Shown: positions 11,501-25,800 of the stretch, piece after piece
Layout of the letters: every line of letters starts with the position of its first letter
Numbering within the stretch: position 1 is the stretch's first letter
From: Podarcis muralis
Taxonomy: Eukaryota
Direction: 5' to 3'
Assembly: GCF_964188315.1 (NCBI RefSeq)
Contig: NC_135663.1
Location: forward strand, 59,830,001 to 59,894,000
DNA length: 64,000 nucleotides
Translations under genes and position numbers: made by a program
Notes under the pieces: model-generated
The model's database searches: none
What the model was told of the DNA's origin: nothing
The model's input: only the letters and a program-made list of their open reading frames with translations

Positions 11501-14500
11501 AGCCATTTCCTTGCAAAAACTGCCCTCAAACTGCAGTTCCCCCCTGCAATTTGCCATTCTAGCATATGAAACCTTTGAGACAAATAGCTGCTTCAGGGAG
11601 GATTTTTTTGTTAGAAAACAGTGCATGGGGAAGGTCAACTGCCTCTCTCTTTGTGTCTTCCATCAATCTGGTCCAGACTTGGTCACTGAGCTGGAGGTGA
11701 AGGGGAAGCTAGTTCCCCAGGAAAGGTTGCTTTCCAACTCTGGAGGGTTAAGGTAGTAGTCATAAATCAGAGGAATCCAGAAATGCAGAGTCTTAAAGAA
11801 AAGATGAGGTCAAGCACATTGACATAGTCCCAAAGTGGGCATGGTCTAAGAGCAGGATCATGAGGCAACACAATTAGAATGGTGCTTTCCTGAGGGTCCT
11901 CTAGAAGTTCCTGGAAAACGGACTCCTAGTGTAATTCTCTCTCGTCTTACAACCAAGTCATCCCCACTAACTCATTTACCTCACTTAATCTTCTCCTCTG
12001 ATTGTTCATGTACACATGCAGAATTGCAGCACAAAGTTGCCTCTCTTACTTAGCTTTTCCACAAGCAGTGAAGCTCATTTTACATATCAGGGTCTGTGTT
12101 TCCTTCCACCTTTAGAGGCAGCATGACAGAATACTCTTTTAATAAAATAAAATAAAATAAAATACTAGTAGTGTGGGTGGGTGGGTGTGGTTAGAGAGAC
12201 GAACACATACAAGCAAAAAAAAAAAGAGGAAGCAATCAAAATACAACAGAACTGAAATAAATTGCAGCACAGGGTCTCTGGTGTGGAGACACTGTCAGAC
12301 TACAATCCCCTAGGGCCACAAGCCCCATTTAACAAGTGGGAGCTCTGCAATGGAACCTGCAGAGGATAATCTCTCAGCAGATAGTGCCTTATAACATAAA
12401 AAGGCAGACAGAAGCCAAGAAGATGAACAGTACAGAGGACACTTTCTAATAAAATTATGGAATTTGGGAGATGGAGAGTCTGAATTATCATCCTTACAAA
12501 AGTGCTCTCCCATAAAATATAGGAGATTTATTCCCCACATTTGGTCTTCTCAATAAGGTAGGTAACAAGTCACATGTGGCATACCCTTATTTTCAGTGCA
12601 ATTCTCTTCATCACTTCCATCCTTACAGTCTTTGTCTCCATCACACTGGAAGGTACTGGGAACACATTGCCCATTTCTGCATTCTGCCAGTCCTTGACTA
12701 TGGCATGCTGGGGGGAAACAATAAATTACTTTGATAGTTTTTAGAGGCTCCCAATTTTCTATAATTTAAAAATGTGTGCTAAATCACAACTTAATTTATT
12801 ATTATATTTCAATGAATGTATCATAAAAGCAGCATGATTACAAATAAGATCCTACGAATTTTATATCAGCTGGTTGGTTAAAATAACGAACACGAGGAAA
12901 ATAGTACACTTAATGCACATAGTTATAACACAGTAATAAACACAGTATTTATTAGCTTCTAAATTCCAATTAAGTTTCACATGGAAATCTAGCAGAAATC
13001 AACAAGCATGACCAGTCCTTTTATTCCTACTAATACTGTTCTTCACTGCATTTAAAAGTATTGATCTCAAGAGGCTTACAAAATCAGATAACTTACAACA
13101 GTTGACTTCATCCGATTTATCTGTGCAGTCGTGGTCACCATCACACACCCAGTCCATTGTTATGCATCTCCCATCTCCACATCGGTGTTGAGTTACTGGA
13201 TCACAGTCTTTATTAGAACATTGACAAAAAGAGCAGCAGGGAGAATGAATGAAATAACGCCTTGCATTCAACACACATTTGATATTTAGTATACAGCTGG
13301 GGGGGGGGGCAAACTAATGACCCATGTGAAAATTGGGACGGGGAGTTGTCAGTGACACCAACAAGATGAGGAAAGTTGTGCCTGCCAAATTGTTCACTAT
13401 CTTGCAGTTATTAAGGTCAGGCACTAGGAAAGAACCCTGACCGGAATTCTATTATAGGTGTGCATGGCAGGATTTCTTGTGTTATACTTCCTTCCTGCTT
13501 TTGAGGCCATAAAGGTAAAGGTACCCCTGCCCATACGGGCCAGTCTTGACAGACTCTGGGGTTGTGCGCCCATCTCACTCAAGAGGCCAGGGGCCAGCGC
13601 TGTCCGGAGACACTTCCGGGTCACGTGGCCAGCGTGACATCGCTGCTCTGGCTAGCCAGAGCCACACACGGAAACGCTGTTTACCTTCCCGCTAGAAAGC
13701 GGTCCCTATTTATCTACTTGCACCCAGGGGTGCTTTCGAACTGCTAGGTTGGCAGGCGCTGGGACCGAGCAACAGGAGCGCACCCCGCCGTGGGGATTCG
13801 AACCACCGACCTTTCGATCGGCAAGCCCTAGGCGCTGAGGCTTTTACCCACAGCGCCACCCACGTCCCTTATTTCCCTTTGAGGCCACGTCCCTTATTTC
13901 CCTTTGAGGCCATAGGGTGCTTCAAAACCAATGTTCTGAATTCAATTTCATTTTAAAAGAAGACCACTATGCAGCCCGGAGGGCCTGCCGTTCAAAGTCC
14001 AAAGTACATGTTCCACAGCAGGCAACTAGGAATATATCCACACTTCCTCTTGTCGCACTGCTTTCCCCCATCCTCCACCATCCAGGGAAAACCGCTATTT
14101 TGCACTCAATCAGAGCTGAAAGCAATTTGGGTTTTCTCCAGATTGACGTTTGCTCTCATTTAGCACTAAAGGCAAGGGACAAGTGGAAGTGTGGATGAGC
14201 TCTCTGTCTCCTGTCCTGACATCTTTTTATTTGAGTTAAAGGAATCCACAGCTCCAGCCCAACAAACCCAACAAAACTGCTGCCCGTTACGGAGAAAAAA
14301 AAGGAAGGTACTCGTATCGTTCTTAGGTTTTCCTCCCCTCCAAACCTAATAGCAGCCCTAAGGGAAATTAAATCCGGAAATGTTATGAAGGGAAAATGAT
14401 TTCCATTCCATGCCACTATTCTGACTAAAAGAGATGTCAGAGATTCCATCACAGATCTCCTGTGTCATGTGTAACTTGGCCATGAGAAACAGAAACAGAC

Positions 14501-16748
14501 ACAGTCCCTGGAATTCTGGCTCCTTTTTTCACAAGAAGTTCTGCAAATGAACATGAAACAAACAAAACAAAAAAAGCTGTTTCCAAATGTTTCGTTCCCA
14601 GAGAAAGACTGGAATCATTCCCTTTGATCCCGACAGGGACTCCATGCATGTAAAAGCTACATGATAGCCATAGCCCTTATCATGAATTTCACTATAGCCT
14701 TCTCAGTCGTTGCATCTTCCTGCCAAGAATAGTTGTCTCTGCTGAACTTCTGACTTTCTCACAGTTGTTTACAAGAAGTGTAAAGTCTCTGTCAGAATTT
14801 AAAAAGGCAGTCCTAACACTAACCATTTCGTTAGATTTATCACTAGGCTGCAAGTTAAATATGACAAAATAACACCAACAGTGCAGTTACTATCTGTGTA
14901 CTGCTTCTGACAACATGTGAGAAAAATATGACATTTGTAAAAAAGGAGATGCAAACAAAAACTCACACATATATTTATATATATTATAGTGGAGATAAAC
15001 CACTGCATAAAATTAAATCAAAGAGGCTCAAATAGGAAAAGGTAATATCAGAAAATCCAGGATATTTAGAAAGGTTTGCTGGAATCAGTTGAAATCTGTG
15101 AAAATCTATAAAGACTCTTAGGGACAATTGCTGCTTTAGCTCACAGCAGGAGACCATCTTGATGCATTTGTGAAAATGCTATTCCTTACTATTTTATGCA
15201 TCTATCATAATCTGTTATGTTAGCAGAGGAAGAGGCATACCAAAACCTGGCTCTTGATACACAAAGCCATTCTGCTACGCAATGTTTCATTTACATGATT
15301 TAACACTTGTAATCTGACAGCATTTTTTTAAGCGACTTTTGAGATGAATTGAACTAGATGATGCCAATCCTGTATTCATTCCCTCAGAAAATGTTGGTTT
15401 TTTTGTTTTTTGTAAACCAGTTTAGAATAAATCATCATTATATTTACATAGTATTTTGAACACTTTAAAAGTGTTTTGCATACTGTATCTTACTGCAATT
15501 GTTACTAAATCGAAGTAATACACCAATATTATGACCCCCATATTGCGATTGGAGAAGCTGAAAGTGAGAGACAGTGACTTGCTTAAAGCCACCTGTTAAG
15601 TTAATGACAAAGGCAAGGATTTCCTGATTTGTAGCTCCATATCTCTAATATGACTGTCCCTCACCTATTTGGATGCATACTATTCTGCTGGTGGTCTTTG
15701 GGAAAATAACAAGACCCGCAAAAGGAAAAGCTTCCTTTCTTAATTATAAAAAAGACTTTTTTTTAATACCATACTCTAAACTGCTATAAGAAGAAAAAGG
15801 AATAAATGAGAAGGTGTGGTGAGTACATACTTTGTGACAGAGCTATTGATGAAACATGGTTGCTACAGGATTGTTGGAAATCAAATTTTCAACTGATTGT
15901 AAAAAACAAGTGCCCTGTGGATCACCAGTCATCAAAACAGAGAGGGAAAGCAAATTTTCCCATCCCATTATTGTATTTCTAACCCACCCTTCCACAGAAG
16001 GTCCCAGGGTGGGTTATAGCATATTAAAAACACAGTGCAAGTGAAACAATAAACAACAAGCCCACCAATAACATCTAAACAACAATTCTACACAACATGT
16101 TACAAGGAAGACTGAAAATCTAATTTTCAGTTTTCAAATGTCAGGATAAAGGGGTGCATCTTCAGCAGCCAATGAAAGCTGTAAAGAGGCAGTGTTAGTT
16201 GCACCTCTGTGGGGAGGACATTCCACATCAGCCTCTCATGAGCCCCCTCCCAAACCTCTGAGGGTGGCAGAACAAGCAGGCTGGTCAGATTAGCCTCAAC
16301 CAGAGCCAGGGCCTTTTCAACACTGCCTCCGGCCTGGTGGAACGCTCTGTCTCATGAGACCAGGGCCCTGCAGGATCTGATTTCTTTCCGCAGGGCCTGT
16401 AAGACAGAGTTGTTCCGCCTGGCCTTCGGCTTGGAATCAACTTGATTCCCTCCCCCTCTTCTTTTTTTCCTTTCTCCTCCTGTGATGGAACTCCTATTTG
16501 GGGACTTTCCTGGCTTTTTCTTCCTATGTAGGACCAGTCTGGAAAATTAGCCTTGGTGAAGACTTGACATTTCCATCCCCCCAAAAAAGTTTTTGATTTG
16601 AGTTTCCATTGAAATGAGGCTGTATTTTAATGTTCTAATGTTGTATTTTAATCTTGTTTTTAAGCTGTAGTTCAATCAATTTGTTTTTATATCGGGTGTT
16701 AGCTGCCCTGAGCCTGGTCTTGGCTGGGAGGGTGGGGTATAAATAAAA

Positions 16749-16801
<53 letters not shown>

Positions 16802-19800
16802 TCCACTCTTACAGACTTGTCTATAAGAAACCACTCTTTGAGAGACGTGTCTACCACACCTGGTTGTGACCATTGTTCACCAACTAGTGGCAAGCACTGA
16901 ATAGCTCAAAGTCATGCTGACACTTCATGATGATGGTGAGCAATGGGACTGCACTGGTCAAGGCGGAAGGGACGAAGAGGGAGGGGAGAGTTTGGCTGGC
17001 TCACTCAGCTCACCTTTTTATTGTTTAATCACCAGTGGTGAGCAGGGATGGGGCAGAAATTCATTTTAGTTGTTGTTGTTATTTATGAAATTTGTACAGT
17101 TCACATTTAAAGCTGCATTTATCAAATTCACACATTCTAAAACAATGAGAGAATCAAAACTCAGCCATCCTTCAAAATGTGCAGTAATCCAAATCCAGGG
17201 TTTACTATAGGAAATACAGGGAGTTCAAGCAAAACCATTATCCAGAATGTAAGCCATTCTTCCTAGAACTGATTCAGCATGCTGTTTTTGATGTGGTATT
17301 CTCCTCGCAGACCTGTACCACATCAGAATGTAAGTATAACCCGTATTATGTAAGTGGGTGATGAAAATGGAAAGGTGACATGAAAGGTTTCTCACCAATT
17401 CTTTAACATCATATGTGTGTAGTTTCATTTGAAAGGCTTCTATAAGTAATAAATAGAGGGCAAAACAATGAAACTTTTTAACATTTCTGAAACAATAATT
17501 TCACCTCAGACCACATCACAGGAAAATGCAAAATGGCCTCCAACAATGAAAGACAAACTTAAACTTTTTGAATGCAACAGGCTTAAGTGTGCCTAACTAC
17601 ACTCTAAATTTTTGCCCCCATTTGCTCCAGAGTTGTCTCTGTCCACCAACTGTGATTTCGTAATAACCCAGCTATGTTTCTTATTTACCACAATTCTGCT
17701 CGTCACTTAGATCTCCACAGTCGTCATACCCATCACAAACAAAGCTGTAATTGAGGCACTTTCCCATCTTGCAGCGGAAAACTCCTTCACTACAGTCTGA
17801 AAAACAAGCATATTTTAAAACTTTCTTTTGCTTTGAATACACAACAAAAACATATCGCAGAAATTATTTTGAGACAGGTTTCAGTGCATCCATATTCCAA
17901 GTTAATCTCCCTGGCCACCTTTTAATGTTCTGTGCTTTCAAAAGCTGCGTAATAGTCAGAAGTCAACAAGTGAAGCAATTTCTAGCACAGAATTGCAGTA
18001 ACAGGAAACATCGCCTGCTGATTTCTCAGTATTATGCAGAGCCTCTGTTCAAATAGAATATAACCACCTTAATCCAATCCTCCTTGGGCAATGTTGCATA
18101 AACAATAGCTAATTCTGAAAATGGTACCTACTTTTTAAGAGACTATATGGCTCAAACCAGGGTTGTATCAACTGAGCTAAAAAGAAAGATTAAAATTCTG
18201 CACCAAGAATTTGCCTGTATAAATTAGGCAATTTACACACATTTGCATAGAAATTCCTGGTTTCTATAATTTATCCAACTTCTCCTGGTTATATGGAGGG
18301 GAAAACAGCCGTGAAGGGCTCTGAAATCCCACTCATTGGCCATTAGGTATCCTACCGAGTTTCAAAGATTTCATCAGAGTGGGGTGGCCAACTCAGGCAA
18401 GAGATTTTGGATGCCTTAAAAGGGCATCAAATTTTTAGTTACTGAATTTTATTTTATTTTTACTGCCAAGAAGAGAGAGAAGTCTCAGGTATCAAAATAA
18501 CTCAGCTTTCCTTCTCTGGAGATGGAGGAAACATTTGCTGCTATAACTCAGGCAGCAAAATGTATTGGGCCAGTGCTGCTGCTGCTGTTTTAACATACAT
18601 AGCATCTTTATTATTATCCTACTGTACTCCAAGAAGCTCAGAGCATTTTACACAGGACTATCTCATTTAATCCTCTTAGCAACCTGTTAAGGTTGATTGG
18701 ATGGAAAGAGAATGGCTTGCCTGCCATCATCCAGTGAAGACCTAACTAAACAAAAATGTGCTTAACAAAAACCTCAGAAGTCATAAGTTTTCTGGCTCAG
18801 GGAAAAATACATTTGGAGAATATGAGAGTGGGATGTCCACAAGCAACTTTTCACCTTGCTGAGTTCAAAATGTGTATTTTCAAGAGTGAACACACATTAA
18901 GAAGCCCAATGCAGGTGGAAAGAAATACTTGGGGAGAGTAGTTTGAAGGAATGATAGGCAAGGAAAGGGTGAAACCACTCATCCACTCCAGATTACCAGC
19001 TTCCACTTTAGTTATGCTCATGGCTGAACTGGATTTAAACCCATGTCACCGAAATCCAAGCTCAGCATATTGCCCAGTACACCACATCAAAGCTAACTTC
19101 CACTGCTGTTTAAGAGGAAGCAATGCAATAGTTCACACTATCCTGGATTTTCCAGAGAAATCTATATTTAGCTCTGAAAGAACACAAAGAATGAAAGGAC
19201 AGTAAATACCAAAGACATACAGTCCTTAACATTATAAACTAAATGAAAATCTGTGTACTCTGTAGATCATAGATGATTTCAAATTGAGTAATGTGGTACC
19301 CAGCTGAGTTTAAAATCTGAACCAGCATGAGGTATCCTGGCAGTTCTCACTGTTTATCCATCCCTCTGTTGTAACAAAGACTGCTACTCCTTAATGCTCA
19401 GTATTAGTTTTTCTTTCCTTTCTTTGCTGAAAGTCTGTCATTTTGTCGGAAGAACTCCTCTGACTTAGGGCTCGTCCACCTAGAAAGCACAGGCCCAAGT
19501 GGTTTGCTACATGGGTCCAAGTGGTTTCCCTCTTGCTCGGCTCCTTTCCGAGGAAAAATCTGTTGTTGAGCGATAGATCAGAACAAATGGCAATCTGGGG
19601 GGGAACCCAAATTGCTGTTTGCTCTAACTGAGCACTAAAGAGTGGTTTTCCCCAGAGAAAAGCAATAGAACAAGTGTGGATAAGCCCTTAGATTGCACTC
19701 TGGTTTGCATCTACACTCAGGGCTCACCCACACTTCTGCTTGCCTCGCAGCTTTCCCTTGGGAACACTCAGTTGGAAGAAATGACAATTGGGAAATGTCA

Positions 19801-22800
19801 GACTAATGTTTGCCCCTATTTAAAGCTAAAGAGTGGGTTTTCTCTAGGGGAAAAGCAGAGGAAGAGGGAAACTGCTCAGACCTATGCTTTCTAGGCACAA
19901 GACAAGCAGAAGTGTGGAAGAACCCTCAGAAATCCTATTTACATAAGTACCTCACAGAGCTAAAACTGGACTTGAGTTTAAACAGGTCACTAGAAGTACT
20001 GTGGTTGTTTTTTAATTGGTAATAGCTGCCTGGGGCCTCCAATATTTATCAGAAATCATGGTAAGCAGGAAGAGGCTAATCCTGTCCTCTCCTGCCACAG
20101 CTCTCGTTACAGTTATTAACCATTTTAAAACCACAGCAACAAACTTAATGTGATGTCTATTTCCACTCCTAGTCACCACAAATAAGTGACTGATATGCCC
20201 TTGGCCTGAGGTATCATGTCTGTGAAGCTGCTGGCCTTGCTCCTAGAAAAGGTTTTGTAATAGACTTTTCCATCCTTTGACACTGGAAAATAAATATAAA
20301 AGACTTCTTTTTCACCCCCTGCCTCTTCAAAAATGCTCAAAGCAGTGCTCTGCTCCCACATCGGAGAGCCCACAGCTTTCTTGCTTTTTTATAAATCTGC
20401 CTCCCTATGATTTATTTCTTGCAATTGGTCTTCTGCTCTTGTTCCAAGGAGTTCCAAGTCCTGGTGTGGAATGAGAGACAGGCACAATTCATTCATTACC
20501 CTGTGATATGCTAACCCTACTGCTCATTGCCCAGCTTTGTGCTGCTTCAGTAACATAGGAAGGTTTGGATCACATAGGGTCACTTGAATTATATCAAAAT
20601 TTCCCAAACTTGTGTAAGCAACCAGATAGAGTGTTGCTCATGCTGAAGGTGAGTATATGAAAGGAAAGGGGAGGATTAGACAAGTGCTCTCCAGTCTTCA
20701 CTGCCTGTAAGGGTAGCCGGTGGAATGGAGCTTGCTTTCTCCTTCTGGATTTCAAAAAAGGCAGATGAAGATTTGCTTATATGTGGTCAGTCATTAAGTG
20801 TGGAATGTATGTTCTAGCCTTTAGCTCCTTCTCATATACATGGAGAAGAAGGGTGTGGTTGAACGCACCATACACTAGAGAAACCACATGTTCTTTTCCA
20901 CAGCACTTCTTCCATTAACAAATATTTTTGTGACCAACTTCTCAGGGGCAGATCAAAAATAATTTTGTAAACAGGTTGCTTTGCATGTGTTGCAATATAA
21001 TGTGCCAACAAATACATGGCCAAAAGCTTATAAACCAAGGGCTTGTTATGCGGGTTATCTCTTTACAAAGATAGCCTTTGTGAGTGGATTAGATTACTCA
21101 GACATGTAAAAAACAAGTAAAAATCCCTGTGTGTCTTTGCAGAAATTTTAGCTGTTGAACTACTAATGCAATTATGCTTTAAACATTTTTAAAGGTCTAC
21201 AAGCACATACTGTGGCCTAGTTGGGCAAAGTTAAAAAGGTCCCATTAATTTCTGAATGACAGGACAGAAATGGGCATACGTAAATCCTACGCAAAGCTGT
21301 TATTCTGATACAATATATGACTTTTATTTCTAAGCCCATCCAAACAGTTGAAGTGTTGTTCTTGCCAGACATGTGTTATATAATAAATTTAAGTGACGTA
21401 CTGCAATGTGTCTCGTCGCTCCAGTCATCACAGTCATTATAGCCATTGCACTGCAGTTTCCTTGGGATGCAAATTCCACTTGTACACAAGAAGCTCTCCT
21501 CCCCTTCACAAAGCACTGAAAGGTTAAAAACAAGGTAGAAAGACATTTTTATCAGAGTAAAAACCAAATTCTAGACTCCATTTCTTTTACAACGTAATTT
21601 TCTTCAGATTGATTAAAGCTGCTGTGAAGTGGTTTTAACCAGCAGTGGTCCAGACACATTGTTATTGGGGACTGAAGAACAAGGAGAGACGCGAGGCTTG
21701 GGTGCACTGCAGGTGCCGCGTTGAGTGCCGCCTGACATTTTGTCATTCCCCTCAGTGGTGACACCCGGGGCGGCCCGCACCTACCGCACCCCCCTTCCTC
21801 TGCCCCTGGATGCTGGAAACAGGAGATGTAGAGACATGCCTTGCTCTATGCTTCCCAAGAAACCCAATAGGGAGCCAAGATCTGCTTGAGTGTTAATGCT
21901 GTGAGTCTCTCCATCCTATGCTCAGGTTGTATACATGTATAAATAAAATCGTAACCCTGGGAACTCTGGAGTCTCTTGCAGCTCAGAGATTTGGGGCAAG
22001 GTGGGGGGGGCTGGGGCGCAACACTATCTATTTCCCCCCTCCTCCCCTCAAATGCAGAGACTGGTAATCATAGCAAGGGGGCAGGATGTATTTAATGCTA
22101 CACACACTGTGGTTTATTTTTATTATTATTACAGTGGTACCTCGGGTTACATACGCTTCAGGTTACAGACTCCACTAACCCAGAAATGCCCTTCAGGTTA
22201 AGAACTTTGTTTCAAGATGAGAACAGAAATTGTGCTCCAGTGGCGCGGCGGCAGCAGGAGGCCCCATTAGCTAAAGTGGTGCTTCAGGTTAAGAACAGTT
22301 TCAGGTTAAGAACAGACCTCCGGAACGAATTAAGTACTTAACCCGAGGTACCACTGTGTTATCATCATCATCATCATCAAACCCTTCCCCACAGCATTTA
22401 TGCTTGAGGAAAGGGGAACTAACTGTCCACCCAGCTAAAGATGATTATTTGGATTCCAGAAATCTGGAAGCAGATTTGCTATTCCACTTGCAGCTTAAAG
22501 CAAAACAGCAATGATCGAGTCATGCTTAATTGTTCACATCAGGAAGCAACCTCAGTGTCAAAGATAAGTTACAGTTTATATGGCATGTTTCTTTCATATG
22601 CTAAAGAGTTGCTCTGGGGTCAGGAAAAGCAATAGCAACATTGCCTTCTTGCATGTATCCGCTCTGAATTGAGCAGATTGAGGAAAGTCACTGGCTTTAT
22701 CGATTTTCTTTTAAAATATTACGCATCCAAACTTTTTCTATCAACAATGTTTTTTTCTGATATTTCAGTGAATACTTACATGTATCTGTAAGGACTGTAA

Positions 22801-25800
22801 CATGGCAAAGAACTTACTTTTCTCAATAAGATGCAAGTTCTGTTTTATAAATCTGTAACTACAGATTCTTGCCAAAAATATTTGTGTGAAATATATTTTC
22901 CTTATAAATACATTAAATACTGATTAAAATATTACTCAGGTTATTTAATTTATCTTTAATATTTATATATTTCACTCTCTGCTCAGAGGTTCCAGGGTGC
23001 AATATACAGGCTTTAATTATTAGGAAAATAATGTATCAGAGAGAGAGAAATAGTTTGTGCAATTAAAAAGAAAGAAAGAAAACTTATCTCATCTATTATT
23101 CTTCCTGGTTGCCAATGTAGGAGACATCTAACAAATTAATCACACCACATAGCAAATATTCATTTTTGCAAGTTTGTCTTAAAATTTACCTTGCTTTGCT
23201 TTTAAAGTTACAACATAGATCAACTAAACATAGAACGGCCTTTTCAGTCATTACACATAACGTGGTGCACTATAATGAAAAAATGCAAAAAAAAAAGTCT
23301 ACCACAAATCTACAAGTGTTTCATCTCTAGATTGTCTTTACCAGCAACTCAGCTGTATTACTTCCTACATTATCAGATTTAAACAGCTGAACAAACTGGT
23401 TATAATTTTCCATGGCTTGACTGATCCATTCGAAAGAGGTGAATTTATGAAAGCTACTTTTCTTTTCGTTTAATCATTCATTGCCATATTAGTGAGCTTA
23501 CTTATCTGAATACTGCTTTTTCAAATACCACTGTTCATCTGAATGTACAATAAGGACTAAATATAAATGACTAAAAGATCAAACATTTTCCAGTCAATAA
23601 GGCATATTGCACATTAATAAAATCAGACACCAACATACTTTCAAAAACCCTGTAATCCTTTTCCAGCCAAAGTTTGCAAAAGTTGGAGCTGCAAAGCCTT
23701 AACGTTTTCCCCATGCTTTCAATTTTAGGCTTCTTTTCAGCATTTTTTGGGGATGGGGCAGGAGTTAAATCTTAAGATGAGGAGCCAAAAGAGGAAAGTT
23801 TCTCTCCCCAGATCAGTTCCACACTCTTCTCTCTGATTCTAAAGTTGAAACAGCTCACTATTTTTTAAGCCTGTTTTTCAGTCTCAGTATCTTCCTCCCA
23901 TATACTGTGGCAGCAGACAGTGAAACTGAAAGCTAGACACCAAGGCAGGGATAATACAGTAAATATATTCTGAACAGATCTGGGAAAGAAAACTGTAGCC
24001 CTATCTTGGGAATTAGAAGTGAATGTTTGTTGGAGGAATGGGGGGAATATTGCTGAGAGCTTTCATAATCTTTCGTCTGCTCTGTCCAAAGCTCTGACTC
24101 TTGAATCTACCTGTTCTCCATGTGATATCCCTAAGCCTTTCTTAAGATATTAAGATAGCTCTTGTTTGGCGATCCAAATATTATACTACTACTCTGGCTT
24201 TAGTCCTGCACAAGCTGTGCTCTTTTTCTCAGAATAAATGAGCTCCAGACATTCTGTAGTACATATGCCTCTCTCAGTCTGGTGTTTCTTCATGGAGCAA
24301 ATACTTCTTCACAGAATCGCCCCTGTTATTGAGCTGAATTCTTCCAAATTCCAGAGTTTTCGGCGCTTGTTCCTCTGTTTATTAATAAAGACACACTGGA
24401 ACAAGACTTTCCTTTCTTAAGTAGACAGATGGTTTTTACATGAAAACATGAAACAGATATATTTAAAGAAAACAATAACAGGGCCTATTTGTTTTAATTC
24501 AGTACATTAACTCTCCACCACCCATCTCATCTCTTTGCCCTGTAGGAGTTGTTAGATGAAACTGTCTGTCAGATGATTCTCCTCAAGCCCCATGTGACTG
24601 GAGATGAAAGACTTCATCCAAAAGCAAAATATCACCTTTGAGCAGGGTCCTTTCTTCGTGCTCTTCTTCTTATAGGATGGTGCTCATGTTTCCTCATGGT
24701 GGCAGGTGGAAAACCCTTTACCTTGCAAAGCCCCTGTGGCTTTAACAGTCACATAAGGCACAGAAATTTAAACTCACAAAGCTTTCTCCATCATCACAAC
24801 TCTATTCCAAGTCAAATTCACCTTGTGAATTTCTGCCTATCACATTGGCAGGATTACAGCCAGAAATACCCACTTGTCTCAATATTTCTTTCTTATCTTT
24901 TGCGTGCGACCTCCTGTGCAGCCCCACTATGGCTGAAACAGGAGGGAAAACATTTGATCAAGTTATTACTGCATCTTAGAGTAGCTTCCCTCCACCACAG
25001 AGCTTCTATGAAATCTGAAATCCTGTTCAAGTATTTGGCAATCTTAATCCTGCTGTTGTTTGAATCCAATTCCACCTTTTCTCCAGACTTGTCTTCTTTA
25101 CATGTATTTACATGTCGAGGCCTTTCCTAAAACGAGACAGGGAAGGAGGAGGCAGAAGACCTCACCCCAGCTGCTTGCTAAATTGGCTGCAAAAGAAGGG
25201 AGGAAAAGCTGGAAGGGGAGAGGAGGGGGCACCAATGCAACAAAGAATGAGGGGCAGCAGAGGGAGGGAAGAGAGGAATGCAAAGGAGTGGGGGGCAGCA
25301 CAGCAATAGTGGCTCAGGTGGCACATTCTCATGCACTGTCCCAGTTGGATATGATACACCATGACTTGTGGGGATGGATGTGGGAGCATTTGCTGCTCTG
25401 CCTCAGGCAGAAACATTTCTTCATCCAGTCTTGATAATCTGGCTCAAACAGGACCAGGCTCTCCACTCTACCTTGAAAATATTCATAAACCCTACAAGGT
25501 ATGTCTTCTTTAGGTGTACTGCTCATATGTTGTCCTCCCAGCACTACTTTCCTTTAGAGTGAGTTGCCTCTTCAGAAAACTCATCTTTATTGCATTGGCA
25601 TTTTGTAAGTGCATACGGCATTTCCGTGCGCTCTGGTTTCCGGCACAGTGTTCCGTTGCGCCAGAAGCGGTTTAGTCATGCTGGCCACATGACCCAGAAA
25701 GCTGTCTGTGGACAAGCGCCAACTCCCTTGGCCTGAAAGCAAGACGAGCGCCTCATCCCATAGTCGCCTTTGACTGGACTTAACCGTCCAGGGGTTTTTT

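Noticed and set aside
8548-21515. All LDLR exons are phase 1-1 cassettes, and LDLR5 lacks the acidic Ca-binding motif
   Set aside because: Expected for LDLR-A modules, and the degenerate repeat 5 is also seen in human corin.
24696-25434. Longer ORFs (144 aa and 124 aa) as a nested antisense gene
   Set aside because: No recognisable domain, low-complexity or GA-rich composition, and no splice or polyA support; expected by chance in intronic DNA.
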